In this document: in pieces, positions 38,001-50,734 of the stretch
Numbering within the stretch: position 1 is the stretch's first letter
How the letters are laid out: each line of letters starts with the position of its first letter
Assembly: GCA_009602735.1 (NCBI GenBank)
Contig: WELA01002297.1
Location: 924,126 to 988,125, forward strand
Length of the DNA stretch: 64,000 nt
Direction: 5' to 3'
From: Mesotaenium endlicherianum
Taxonomy: Eukaryota
Position numbers and translations under genes: made by a program
The notes under the pieces: generated by a model
Seen by the model: the letters and a program-made list of their open reading frames with translations, nothing else
Database searches by the model: none
What the model was told of the DNA's origin: nothing

Positions 38001-41000
38001 TGCCGTCGTCGATGTAGGCAATCTTCTGGCCGACCCGGATGTCGGGAAGCGGAATCTCCTTGGCGGCCGTCAGTGTGACCGCGGTGCAGATCGCCAAGAA
38101 GAGCTGCACGCGGGCAAGCGACAGGTGGCAGACAGCTGCCGTCAGATGCATAGAGCAGCAACAGCAGTTGCACACTCACTGCCCCCCACTACACAAGCAA
38201 TAATTTAACCCCTAAGAAACTAGGCAGGCGTTTTGTAGTGACAAGAAATATGGCCCCTGTGACTACTGTAGACCTGGCTTTGACAGACGCAGTAAGAGTA
38301 CTGCTGCCCAGAGTTGCACACAAGCGCGCAAGCGCTTTTCTGTCGCCCAGCCCAGAGCCGCATTTCACAGAAACTCTCGTGAAGTTTGGGTCGACACCCT
38401 GGTGCTTTCCGACCGGGAAGAAGGCCACGAGGAGGGAGAGGTGAGTGGGGAGGTGCTCACGATGGCAATGAGGTAGGCGGCCTTCAGGTTGGCGCAAGGG
38501 GCGCTGCAGGCTGTGCTAGTCAAGAATGGAAACCACCTGCACTGGATGAACACAAGCCCCCTCGAGCCTGCCTGAGTGGCCAAGTCACACGGCGGCGGCC
38601 GCAGCAGCAGCAGCCGCTGACAAGGGTCCTACGGCACAGCCTGGCCCAGACTAGAGCGGGTGACATGGAGAGCATCACACAGGGCCCATCATCATCCTAT
38701 CCACCCTGCTCTCACGTCCACGAGTAAGAGGTTTACCGGCTACAGCACTGCAATGGCACCAGTAGTGGATGCAGATGTATGTATATATATATATATATAC
38801 GTAACAAATTTTGCATATACGTACATAGTATACATGCATGTATTTGTACAGACATATACATGTGTATGGGTGAAGATGTTGACGACACCCACAACAGAGT
38901 CCCAAGGTAACAGCAGCAGACAAGTGCAAGCTTCTCTCCGTCAATGTGCTGGCCAAAGAAGACATGCAGAGTCAAGTCGTCTGCAAACGAGCTTAAGCAT
39001 CCCCCATGTACTCATAAACCCCGCAGTCAAAAGACGGCCACCAAAATTGGTCGCCAGGCCTGGGCGGCAGCAGACGGGCAATCAATAGCTCCTCAGCAAG
39101 AGCCACAGCCTGCACGCTGCTTCCGCGCCCCTTGCCTGCTTGCCCGATGCTTCAAACGCCTGAGGGCAGCGGGGCAGGCGTGGGGTCAGGCACATACTTG
39201 TACCAGGAGCTGATAGTCCCGGTGGAGTAGCCCAGGATGTTCCCAACAGCTGTCCACAGGGAGTAGAGAGCATTGGCCGCATCCTGCTGGTCAGGGCCTG
39301 CACAGGGAGGGGGGTAGAGAGAGATGGAGTGAGAGGGCTCCGGTGGGGCGACGTGCGTTCGAGAAGAAAACGCAGAAGGGAAGTTTCGCCCGCTCCTGCT
39401 CCTGGTCAGATTATGCCACCGGCTTCCCTATACGCTTTCGAAGATTGGATACAGGTGCCTGGCCATCGTCAGACTGAATTGACTTGAGCCGGTCTTAAAT
39501 CAATTTTGTTTGCCTGACATGCTCACATAAGACCCCCCCACGTTCCAAGTCCCAAGAGCTTGCAGTTCAGCATTAGATGACTATTTGAGAGAGCAGCCAA
39601 TTGCGCGACTTGACTTTGAAAGGGTGCAGTAATAGACAGGAAGAGACTTTGCATGCAAAAACGATGGTGGGAGCTTCGCTTGCCACTTTGGCAAGAACAT
39701 TGTGGCACCAGAGGAAATCGGGACCAACTGACCTGCTAGATCTGCAAGAAGAGCTCGGCTTGGCCCCTGCTCCCGTCACAAACAAGGTGCACTGGATTAC
39801 AAAGCCGCAGCAGAATTTTTACGCCTCCATGCATCTCTCTCTTGGAAATCAAACTCACAAGAGATGGCCAGCAACTTCCACCCACATGCTTAATCGATGC
39901 AAACTCATGCTGGAGGCAGGACAATAGGATGCCCTTTTGTAACCCCCCACATACAAGCCTTAGGAACCAGTACAGCAGCCCTTAAACTAGCAGCCATGAG
40001 AGTAGATGAGAGTGGCAGCGAATGCTATTGCTTCCTTCTGACAGCATAGAAAATACGGTCACAAACAAAGCTTTTCCAGTGGTTGCCAGCGAGATGTCAT
40101 GACTTGTAGCCTGACAATTGTCTTCCTTGAAACTCATTGAAGCCTCTCATGCTGGCTCTAGTCTTCTCACATGCTATCCTGCCTTCCCGGCAAGCTGCCG
40201 TCGAAGGCGACAACCAACACCTCTCAACTCAAGGCAATATTTTTTTCTGACTCGATAATTAGTCAGCTAAATCTGATCTTAGATGTATACGTACTCCAGG
40301 GAGACAAGCGGTATCATGCATCCTACCTGTACTGTGTTGTTGCTGAGGTCCAGGCACCAGAAACCAATGATGAAGAGGGTACATGCGAACGGCCTCGTTC
40401 TGCGCCAGACATCACTTTGGGATGTGAAGTGAAGTTCATCACACGTCTTTCAATGCAGGGGCGACATGCAAGGGGAGCAAATTGAAGAGGAGCAAATTGC
40501 AGAGCCGGACCTCTTTGCCACCACCTAAATTTAGTGTAACAGAGGTTTCCCAGAGTTGCCACGCTCAGATGATTTCATGGCAAACGTCTAGAGTTGCAGC
40601 ATTGCCATTGGCAACTGTTCGTGCACTTGACAACTTCATCTTATCATTGCAGAGAGACAAGTGGAGCGTGATCGGCCAACAACTTCAAGGGGCCCGGGTG
40701 TCTTGTTGGAAAAAACTTAACATACCGTTTGTTCAGGTACCTTTCGTCCCCTATTAGATATCCCAAGTCAGCTGAAAAGCCAATAAGTAAAACCTGCAGG
40801 TACCAGCAATGAAGTATGAAATTAGCTGATGTATAAGCAGCTCACACTCTTCCTAGAGCAGTAATGGGCGAGAGTAAGATGCAAATTCCGGGGAGTAAGT
40901 TGCAAATTTTTATCTTCTGGTGGACTACTAGTGGCTCCTCTCTACTTGTGTGCGTCCATTGCAGGAGGTTCTTCAACGAATCTGAATCACTTACTGCAAA

Positions 41001-41948
41001 AGCGACCAGTACTGCTCCAGCAAGAATGAATGGCCTCCGGCGTCCCCATGAAGACCTACAAGTGTCACTCCAGACCCCCACGCAAGGTTGGACCTGGTCC
41101 AGCAGTCTTCAAATATGTCAGGATTTGGCCTAACTGACGTGATGTCACTAACTAATCTACCCTCGCCTTCAGGCACAGCTGAGAGCTGCAAATAGACCCC
41201 AACTTCAACTGAGAGCCTCTCGGCCCAAGCATCACGCAGAAATGATGTTGGTCGTAGTGTTTACACAAGCTTGAAGGAAAACATGAGATGTGAAGGAGAC
41301 TGTAGCCGAATTACCAGGAGCCCAGATATTGGACCACAGAGCCAAATGAAAGATACCCAGTGGTGAGGTATGCCAAGAGTCTGCTCACAACCTCAACATC
41401 CAACCACTTGGTAAGAAATGGAGAACTGCAACTCCAATACAGCAAGTCAAGGTAGAAGTAGGGGTGAAAGTAGAAACCTAGCCACCTTTAAGAGGTTTTG
41501 GAAAAATAATCCACAAGAAGTCATTTTTGCCATTTCAGTACATATTGGAATCTTACCTCAACGTAAGGTGTCAACAGTGACAGCTGCAAAGCCCAACCAA
41601 ATTGTATACCTGCAACCCAATGCTCCCGTACATTACAATACCGTCATACTCCAAATAAGAGCCATGGCTTCCACCTGCTGTAAAAGCATGCCTTCAAGTG
41701 AGAACGAAGTAACGATGGTTGATGCAGTAATCACCTGCCCCTATCATGGCTATGAGGACCATTTTCCTCATAGGTAGGAACCTGCTTCCTTCATCCGCCC
41801 CCAACTTTGCTTCTCCATGATGCGGTTCCTGATTTTGCATGTCAAATGTCCTTTCGACATCAACTTCTTCCAATCCGTCCACAGCTGGGCTATCTACATG
41901 AGCCAATTCTACCTCGGCTAAAGCAGGGCCCCCACTCACCTTCCCCAT
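35015..41948 (-). CDS. Sucrose/H+ symporter (SUT/SUC family, type II / SUT2-like), many exons
   Basis: [128 protein letters not shown]; extended N-terminus and central loop. Confidence 0.95.
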
Positions 41949-42980
41949 CCTGGTAACTTCCTGCTGTTTCCTCTACAGAACCTTTTTGAGATATTTCCAG
42001 CTAACCTTGCAGGTGCAAATCACAGAACCTCAGAGCTGCACAGACAGTACCTTGTCGTTTCGGGTCTGAGTTCCTTCGACGTGCGAATGACAAGATTGGA
42101 TCACTTTTGTGGGATAGAGCCGAACACTACGCTGAAGAAGACTCAATCGATGCAAGCAACAGGTATACCGTTGCACGCCATATATAACACATACAACGCA
42201 TTCCTACTTCTGACAGTCTGTCTAAGCCATCACGACCTCATAGGGAGCTGGACATGAAGTGCGGCTACAGGTTGATCACGAGGCACAATGTGACAGGTAT
42301 GTGTGCACCTGCTACCAACTCGAGCTCATCCAATTCACATACTTTCCGCTTCATTGAGCGACCATGAAACGACGCTTTTCAGTGTTGACCTATTTGTATA
42401 AAGTTGGCTCCTAGTAGCTTGAATGATAACGGATCACAGGCAATCACAGGAAGTGAGGAGGCAGTGGGAGGCAGGGTGAAAGAGTGTTGCCCACGATTGC
42501 CAGGTGGAAAGACGATACCAGGATGCTTACAATTGGCATCCTCAGAGTGCCTCGAGCAGCGTACCACCTTTAGAGTGCCTCAGATTGCCTAAGATGGCCT
42601 CAGAGCGCCTCAATTGATTATATTATTTTTATGTTGGATCCCAAGTCCATTATACACTATTATACACCATCATACACAAATCCTCTATCGTCGTGCTCGC
42701 GTGATGGACCATGGTGCGCGGCAGTCAACGTGCTCCTTTTTCCTGGCCGTTTCCTTGCCGGTGGCCAGCTTAAATCCACATCACTTAAAATGGTGTAAAA
42801 AAGGGCGTTCTCTTTTGGTTGTCGTAACACCTCTGTTCTTGTCGATATATAGGCATGCATTCGGCTATACAGTGATGGCTAAAAGCTGGCTGAAAGTTTT
42901 GGGGTTCTTAGAAAGTGTAATTCTGAAAGTGGCTGAATTAAACTGCAAATATTCAAAAGTCAAACTCTATCTTGGTCGAA

Positions 42981-43181
42981 TTTGGCGCCACATAGTCTTA
43001 TCCAGGTCATATTTGGTGCCATGGACAGGTCTATATGACTCACATGCGTGCCCATGCGGCTGAATGCGGCCCAAGTTGGATTGGCGCAGATAGCGTGTCA
43101 CCTCTTTGACGTCAGGGCATCACTTATGATGGTCGTACACGCTGGGCGACGCTCAACGACGGTCGCCATCTAGAAACCCTA
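42981..43181. promoter_or_regulatory. Candidate cis-elements in the divergent SUT/bromodomain intergenic region: E2F-like TTTGGCGC (42981-42988), TGACGTCA (43107-43114), telo-box AAACCCTA (43174-43181)
   Basis: Motif matches only; no functional evidence. Confidence 0.35.
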
Positions 43182-43912
43182 GAAGCCATCGAGGGGCTAC
43201 AAGCGGACTGACTACGGAAGGATACCGTTTACTCTATACTTGGGGCCATGATCAGCACCTGAACTACTACGCTGCTGGCATGGCATGACTAGGCCACTGC
43301 TTGCACGCGATTGAGCCGGAGCCCGCCTATCCGACAATCGGGGTGAGGCAATATAGAACTATCTTGTTATCAGAATATGTAAAGATTGGTCATGTGTGCA
43401 GGATTGGTGTGTTGACTTCTTGTACTGGTTGAGTTCGTCCTCTGTTCCTGTACTTGATTCTCTAGTGTCGGGCAATGTGTGAGAGGGACTTGCCTATGGT
43501 TGACAGGTTGAACTACTGAGTGCAGGTTCACTTTCATACTTGATAGATGATACGTAAACCAACTTGTGTCTCCAATTTGCGTCATCCGGTGACCAAAGAT
43601 GTCTAGCGAAACTTGTCCTTACGAACTACCACTCACAATGCTTTCCCAGGTGGTGTTTACAGGGAGACGTACTCTTTGCTTACCGGCCAAGAAGGGTTCT
43701 GCTCTATTTGAGCAACGTTTCCAGGAGAGAATTACCAGGGGTGAAACAGAAGGGGACCAGGTTACTTGTTGTACCACATCATTAGATCAGGTATTTGAAG
43801 GGGAGGTTCATGGGCTGTTACCATGGACGGCTCAGTGTAGCCTATTCAATGTACTCGATAAGCAAGGGGATATTTTGATAGGCCGGGATTTCGCATCCGT
43901 GGCAAACTTCTC

Positions 43913-46900
43913 ATGGATAAAAAGAAGCTGAAAGTTATTCTTAAGTTGCCAAAGCCGTTAAAGAGAAGTCATGAAGATGAGAGCTCTGATGGGCCTAGTT
44001 GTTCAGATAGCAGGAATGGATTGAGGAGCATGCTCGAATATAGTAATGAGGCCCAACTGAGTCCTTCTTCAGCTCCACCAAAGAAGAGGAAGTTGACAAC
44101 TTTTGCCAGGGAGATCCCGTCACCTGCACAAAGTTCCGGGTCACGCGAGCTTTTAGCCTGGGGTAGTCCTCTTTCACAGGGTATTACAAAGCGTCCTCGT
44201 AAGGTAACTTTTGCTACCCGACTGTTACTGTAACGCGTTGACCTAATTAGGGTACAGATATGCTGTATATCAACAGTATCTGGAAAATGTGTGGCAGTTT
44301 GCTTCCTGTGGCATTCGTGACTTTGTTTCTTCAAACTTACATGCCTTGGCCAATTGACAGAGGGATGTTCTTTGGAAACAGCAGTTGGGCCTGAGGACGT
44401 GCTTTGAAACTACCATCTGTATCAGTCTGCAAAATGTACTCGGAAGCAGTGCATGCAATTTTCTGTTCCTGCTGGCCATATAGTCTGCCCAGTACTTAAG
44501 TTTTTGATATAAGTGGGAATGTGGTGGTGTGCTGGGTCATGGTGGATATCATATGCCTGAGTACAACAAGTAAAGCACATTGTGCTTGCGTTCTTGATGC
44601 AGGCTTTTGATTATGTGGTCAGGGGCATAGTCATGCACTTGTTTTTTTCTATTGTAGTCTTTACGCGTCATATTGTTTTGCCTTTGGTTGTGTTTTCCTA
44701 TGTGAAGCCAAAGGTGACGCTTGACCCTCACATCAGCCCCGCAAAGCCACCCAAGGGTCCTCTGGTGAAGCCGCACAAGAATTATGCTTCAAGTACTCAA
44801 GGTGTGCCATGTATTAATATGAACAATGTCAAAAGCACAGAACAAGTGGAAAGCCTAAAGTGAGTCTTGGCATGTTTGCATTGGTTATCAGTCTTTTTAG
44901 TAGCCGTGAATTTGTTATGGGAGTCAGTGCCCAAGTCTTCGTTGCTAGTACTGTCAGACTTGTAAGACTTAGCTTTGTCTTTGAGACTCCAGGTGTTCAG
45001 CATATTGTACGGTCGTTGTGGACACTTATTGTGATTGGGTCATGCTTGCTTACGTCTTCCGTTTGGGGTTCCAGTTGCTGTGATACTGGCCAGGGAGTCT
45101 AATTGCTCAAACTTAATGCTATTAAACTTGTTGACTTGGCTCTCATAAAATGTTTCACCCTTCTAATCGTGCATGTGCCTGGACATCTTGTGGTCATTTT
45201 GCAGGAAGTCTCCTTGGGTTGAAAATTTCTATGGAGGCAGTTCTTGACAAACTTCAGAAGTGAGTTTCTCTAGCACTGCTTATTATTCTTTGGTTTCTGA
45301 CATCGCTGTAAGCACTGAGGTGCTAGGTCATTTGAGTTGCAGTAGTGAGCATGCAGGGTTATTATGCTGTACTATAATGAGTTATCAATCCTCACTACTA
45401 ACGTCTCTATTACGACTTGTGCATATTCTAGAGCTGTTCGGCGCTGGTTTATGTGTCTACATCCAGAACTGAATATATGCACAATTGATCCATGTATGCA
45501 AGGTGTCGTCAAAAAGTTTTGTTCCATCTTAGAGGATGTCGTGCTTTGCATTACCCTCATGCTCTTTTGTGTCATTGTGAATGCAGGAAAGATGTGTACA
45601 ATGTTTTTGCAGAGCCTGTTAAGGCAGAGCAGGTGTGCTTTTTTCCGTGTAGTTTATTGCTAAATCTTTGTCTTGTTGTAGTTTACAGTACATTGGAACA
45701 AATGCTAGGACGCTAAGCTGACAAATTAAGGGGTCATAAATGCAAGCAATGTGTACATGTGGCACTTGAGCTCCTCTGGGCCTGGAGTTGTTCTGCTTAG
45801 AGCAGCCTTAGTATGTAGCTGAATGTTTAACGTCTTTTGTGTAGCTGCTTATGGTATAAGTAGACCATTGATGGGTAGGCTAAGGTGCAAGGAGTGTAAT
45901 CTGCATCTTAAGGCACGTGTATAAGTCAAGTTGTAAAGTTCTTTATTCGGTGATTGGGCACGTTGCCAACAGGAGCAAAGCCTGTCCACTCAGTGGTATT
46001 CTTCTGGAATTGCCCATTAAAGATGTCTCTTGGCGGTGCAGGTGCCTGATTACTATGATGTAATCAAAGATCCCATGGATTTTCTGACGATGAGGAAGCG
46101 GATAAATGCTGGTCATTACACATCTTGGGAGCAGTTCAAGGTTAGTGATGTCTTCATAATGGACGCTGCCTTATTCTGTAAGATCCATTGCTGGAGATAG
46201 AATCTTTCAGTCAACATTTATATATCTGTAAAATGATGGACATTGCTTTTGCCAGAGCAGTTGGAAGCACAAGAAGCAAAATGACTTTTTTCTGAGGACA
46301 TTCCTGTCTGTGTGTGGTTGGGAGCAGATGGACATCTTGCTTGTATGCGGCAATGCTATGCGTTACAATGCCCCCGGAACCTTCTACTTCAGGCAGGCGA
46401 AGCTTTTACAGGATGCTTCAAAGAAGGCGATAGAAGCAGCCCAGTCTGGTGAGCCGGAGAAGCCAAGAGGGAAGAGGGGTCGAAAGCCCAAAGCCTGGAG
46501 CCTGCCAGCTGACAAACGCAGCAAGCCTGAGTCTCAGGACCGTTTACAGTTGGATGTTGCAGGTATTTTTTTCAGATTGGTTACTGCTGGCTGATTTGTG
46601 CTTGTCCTGCCTTTAGTCCTGGCTTCCTGGAGTTTGAGAGACCTTCTGCAAGTTTTCCTTTTTTTTTGCACTCCTGCCACGTTGGTGTTTGGATGGTAGG
46701 TGTATCTGGAATTGCTGTGGAGTATTTGGGTCTTCCTTCTCTATATGCTTGAGATTGACGACTCTTGGACTCCCTTTATGTTGCAGTTGCAGACGGCATC
46801 TCGGTGCAATATGATCATAGTGGACGAATTGGCTCCTGGGATGATACAACAGGTATAGACGGGGAGGAGTCCACTGGAGGAGCTCCCCTGTATTCCCTTG

Positions 46901-49688
46901 ACACCTTGGTTGTAAAGGCCAGCAAAGTAGCGAGCCTGCAGCAGAAGCTCGCAAAGACAGCTGGTCAATCAGGTTTGGCCAAGGGAAAGAGCAGCTGGGG
47001 CGGTGCCCGTGTTAAAAGTAAAGTAGGAGACGTAGATTCAGACAGGCGATCGCTTGGGAAGGCCAATGTACAGCTCAATACGGCAGGCCCTGCTAGAGTT
47101 GCCGAGGGACGCCATGAGGTGGAGCAGGTTCAGCAACATTCCAAGACAGGTCAGCAGATTACAATTTGAAAGTGCATACCGCAAGCTGAATGCCCCTGGA
47201 TACATATGTGTACATATATGTGATCATATTCATATTCAGTCATTACTATGCGTACATGTAGCGTGGGGTGAAAGTAATTATGTTTTAGTCTTTATTGCAA
47301 CTGAATGAGCATAGAGAAACAAAATGTGTTTTGAGTATCTGTTGTGCCTTACAGCTATATGTACAAACAATGTGTAGCAACTACTTCATTCAGTCTGTAA
47401 TGATGTGGTAAAGTCACTTATGCTTATGTGGGAGGAATGTGCAGAGCTTGGTGGATCTTCCAGGGCCCATGCGCAGAGAGATGGTTTGAAGGATGGGCGC
47501 CGGCCTTTGCTTCCCAAGGACAACCGGCGCACTACGTATCGCCCAAAAAGACTTCCTGGGCTGGGCTATGGGCCATCTCCCACGGCAGGAGGGGAGCATC
47601 GCCACGTCGTGCCTGTGAGCAGCTCTGGACTCCTTGTATTTACAGCCATTGTGTAGCTTCATCAGTTATCACCCCTCATTGCATGTGTTTTGAGAAATGG
47701 CGTGTATGGGTCTTAATGTGTGACCAACCTTGTCGCATGTTGGTCAGGCTAACTGTCAGTCATGCTCCAGAGGGCTTGTGCTTAAGGATTTGCACCTATC
47801 TTCCGCCGCCATTTCATCAGCTTTATTAGTGTTGGTGGGCATGTGCATTTTGCAGACGGGGTGGCTGCCAGAGCATGCGTACGCTCGGAGCTTGGCACTG
47901 TTTGCGGCCTCCTTTGGCCCTACTGGCTGGCGCATGGCTGCTGCCACCATACGGGGCGTTCTGCCTACAGAGGTTGAGTTTGGACCCGGTTGGGTGGGAG
48001 AGCCTCCTGCCGACCAGATACCTGGGGATGGTGGCATATGCTCGGTTCCTGTCAAAGCTCAAGCTGCAGGAGCTGCCCCTGCAACACCTCAGTTGCTTCC
48101 TGCTGCATCTCATCAGGCTGTGCAATCGCAGCTACAGGTGCCAGTCCCTTATGGGTCGCAGAATGTGGCTACCCCTCAGATTAACGACGGTGATGGTGAT
48201 ACGGACCAGACTCCTATTCTGACAGGGCTAGCAGGATTGTCATACCTGCAGGAGGCTGGTAGAGCAGGTTGTGGCCGGCAGGATCGCAGTGAGATTGTTG
48301 CCAAGGGGATGGGTTACTCCTCAAGGCAGGCAAGCAGAGTTCCTGGAGCAGGGGGTGAGGGCCTGCATCAAGCGGGGAAGATGGAAGGTCTTCCAGGGTC
48401 GTATTCTATGCCTGGCCCATCTTTGAACAGCCCCCCCCCTTCAATTATGACCCGCTTACCAGGGCCCACCACTCTGGTCACTGACCCCCCAGCATCTACC
48501 GCCCGTGTGCCTTCGCCTCAATATAGCTCTGGACATGGCGGCAGCGCTTCAGGATTGCGTGTGGCTGGCCCTTCACAATCTGGCCATGACCTCACGTCTG
48601 GTGCTTTGCATCCTCCACAGCCCGGTGCCATGTCAGCACCACTTTGTGATGCGTCAGATACGGGCACTGAGACTACCTCGAGCAAAGGACCTTTTTGTGC
48701 CTCATCAACGTATCTCTCTCCACCCCCATCTGGGCATCCTCCTCGTGCAGCGCTCAAGAGCCCTCCCTTTGTTCCCACTTCAGCAACCCAGCAAGGACAT
48801 GGAGCTGGCGTTGCTCCGTCCCTGGCGTCGCTGACAGCAGGGCATCGGGAGCATCATTCTGGGCAGGAGTCGCATTCTGCAGGACCGTCTCCCTCAAAGG
48901 AGCTGCCTCCCAGGGCGGAAGGTACCAGGGATGACATTCACAGGACTACTCCTCCGAAGGACTTCAAGTCACCAGTTCGTGCAACATCGACAGATGATGC
49001 ACAGACTCGATATGGGAAACAGGCCAGGGCTGGACATATGGCCTCTGGCGAAGGGGGTGTTGCTCCTCCCTTCACGATTCCTCCTTATGGAGCAGTGCAC
49101 TCTTGGATGGGAGGGCCTGCTGCGAGAGATCTGCCTCCAGAAGCACTTCGAGCAACCATGTTTCCCTACGTGCCGCAGCTACCTTCCTCTGGGTCACGCT
49201 TCTCTTCAGCTAGTGGAGCTCATCATCAATCGTTGGATGCTTGGGGTAAGGGCTCTACGCTGAGGCCTGCCTTGGATCCGCAGGCTGGTCTTGTGGCTCG
49301 CACTCAGGAGCTAGGCTCAAGCGCACTGGGGCAAGGACCAAACCAGCAGGTGATGGGTGGGGGGAGCTTCTACAGTGGGGCCTCATCTAGTTACCAGCAA
49401 CAGCCCTCTGTGGTATCCCAAGCGCAGTCTGTTCCCAGCATCTGGCGTCCTCAAGTTATTGCAAGCAAGAGCACGGGCAGTAGAAGCCTTAGTGCAGGTT
49501 TCCATGCGGATTTGAAGGCTGAGAATTCACATCAGTTAGGTAGTGGACCTGCTTTGCAGACAGGAGCGTCTTTGCATGGGGTTGAGCAGCAACAGCTCGA
49601 GCAGATTAGTAACCAGCACAAAAGCTCAACCCTGGACGTGCATAGGCCTTTCTTGGATCTGAATGACTTAGCGCAAGCAGATGATTGA
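43913..49688 (+). CDS. Bromodomain-containing protein, plant BRD1/BRD2/BRD13-like (SWI/SNF-associated family), multi-exon
   Basis: Bromodomain across exons: VLDKLQK/KDVYNVFAEPV/VPDYYDVIKDPMDFLTMRKRINAGHY/DILLVCGNAMRYNAPGTFYFRQA. Family motifs DNRRTTY and YARSLALFAASFGPTGWRMAA...FGPGWVGE; long low-complexity C-terminus. Confidence 0.88.
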
Positions 49689-50734
49689 GATACTTGTCAT
49701 TAATCCATGATATTATAAAATTTTTGCCAGCACCTTGGATTTCAGTTGTCATTGGCAGAAGCTGCTAGTCTGTATTAGTTGTAGCCCCTTGCATTTTCTG
49801 AAGGTGACAAAGTGTTGATAGATGGTCAAGTGCATCCCGTTGAAATGAGTGACTATATTGGAACTCAAAGTGGTGACATTGAACCGTGCCTTTCCGACTA
49901 TCATCTAAGGAAACACAAACTAGAGCTGTCATCACAGGTGAATTGGAGAGAAAGCAGATACGGTTTGCGGGTCCACTTCCTTCTCCTTCGGCATACTTTG
50001 AGGCACCATAATGTACTATGTAACAAAAGAAATGATTTGTTTTTAGAGGCTTGTTTGCATATTTTGCTGCATATATATTGTCATGGACGTTGATTTCAGT
50101 AGGCACTCAGGCTGCTATTAGACACTACCACAAGCTCAACCCGCTTCAAAATGGGTGCACGATAACGTACAAGGAAAAGGTGAGCTGGCAGCAGCCAGCC
50201 AACGGAGCTCAAGGGCGCACGACGGGATTCACGTCGGTACGTGAGAGACCGAACGGGAGGCCCAGGAAGCGTTGGCGAAAAATGGACGGCTGGCTGAAAC
50301 GACGACCAGCAGTAGGCCAATGCAGGCCAATGGTCGCTTCTGGCGTTTACCAGTGCGCCCGTCTTCCCTGCTCAACTTCTACTGAGTTCTACTCGATAAA
50401 TGAATCTGCGACGGGCGCTTGGCAGCGGTCTTTCACTGAGTGACACGTGACCGTCTATTCACCGATTAAGACCTAACGTCTCGACGGGGCGGTCACTCCT
50501 TCGAGGGCGTTTCATTCTAGTGTCAAAAAGGCATAAAAACGGATCCATTGAAGGCAATTGAGGGCTGTCAGTAGATATTGCACGAGAATCGTATTTTGCA
50601 CAGCTCAATTCAGGGTCAGTTTCGCAACCCAGCTAGACTTCCAATTCCTTCACGGTTTAGATAGTAGATCGTTGTGAGTCATTTATTTACACACATATTT
50701 CCCGTCTTGCTTGAGAGCTGTATAGGGAGCAATC

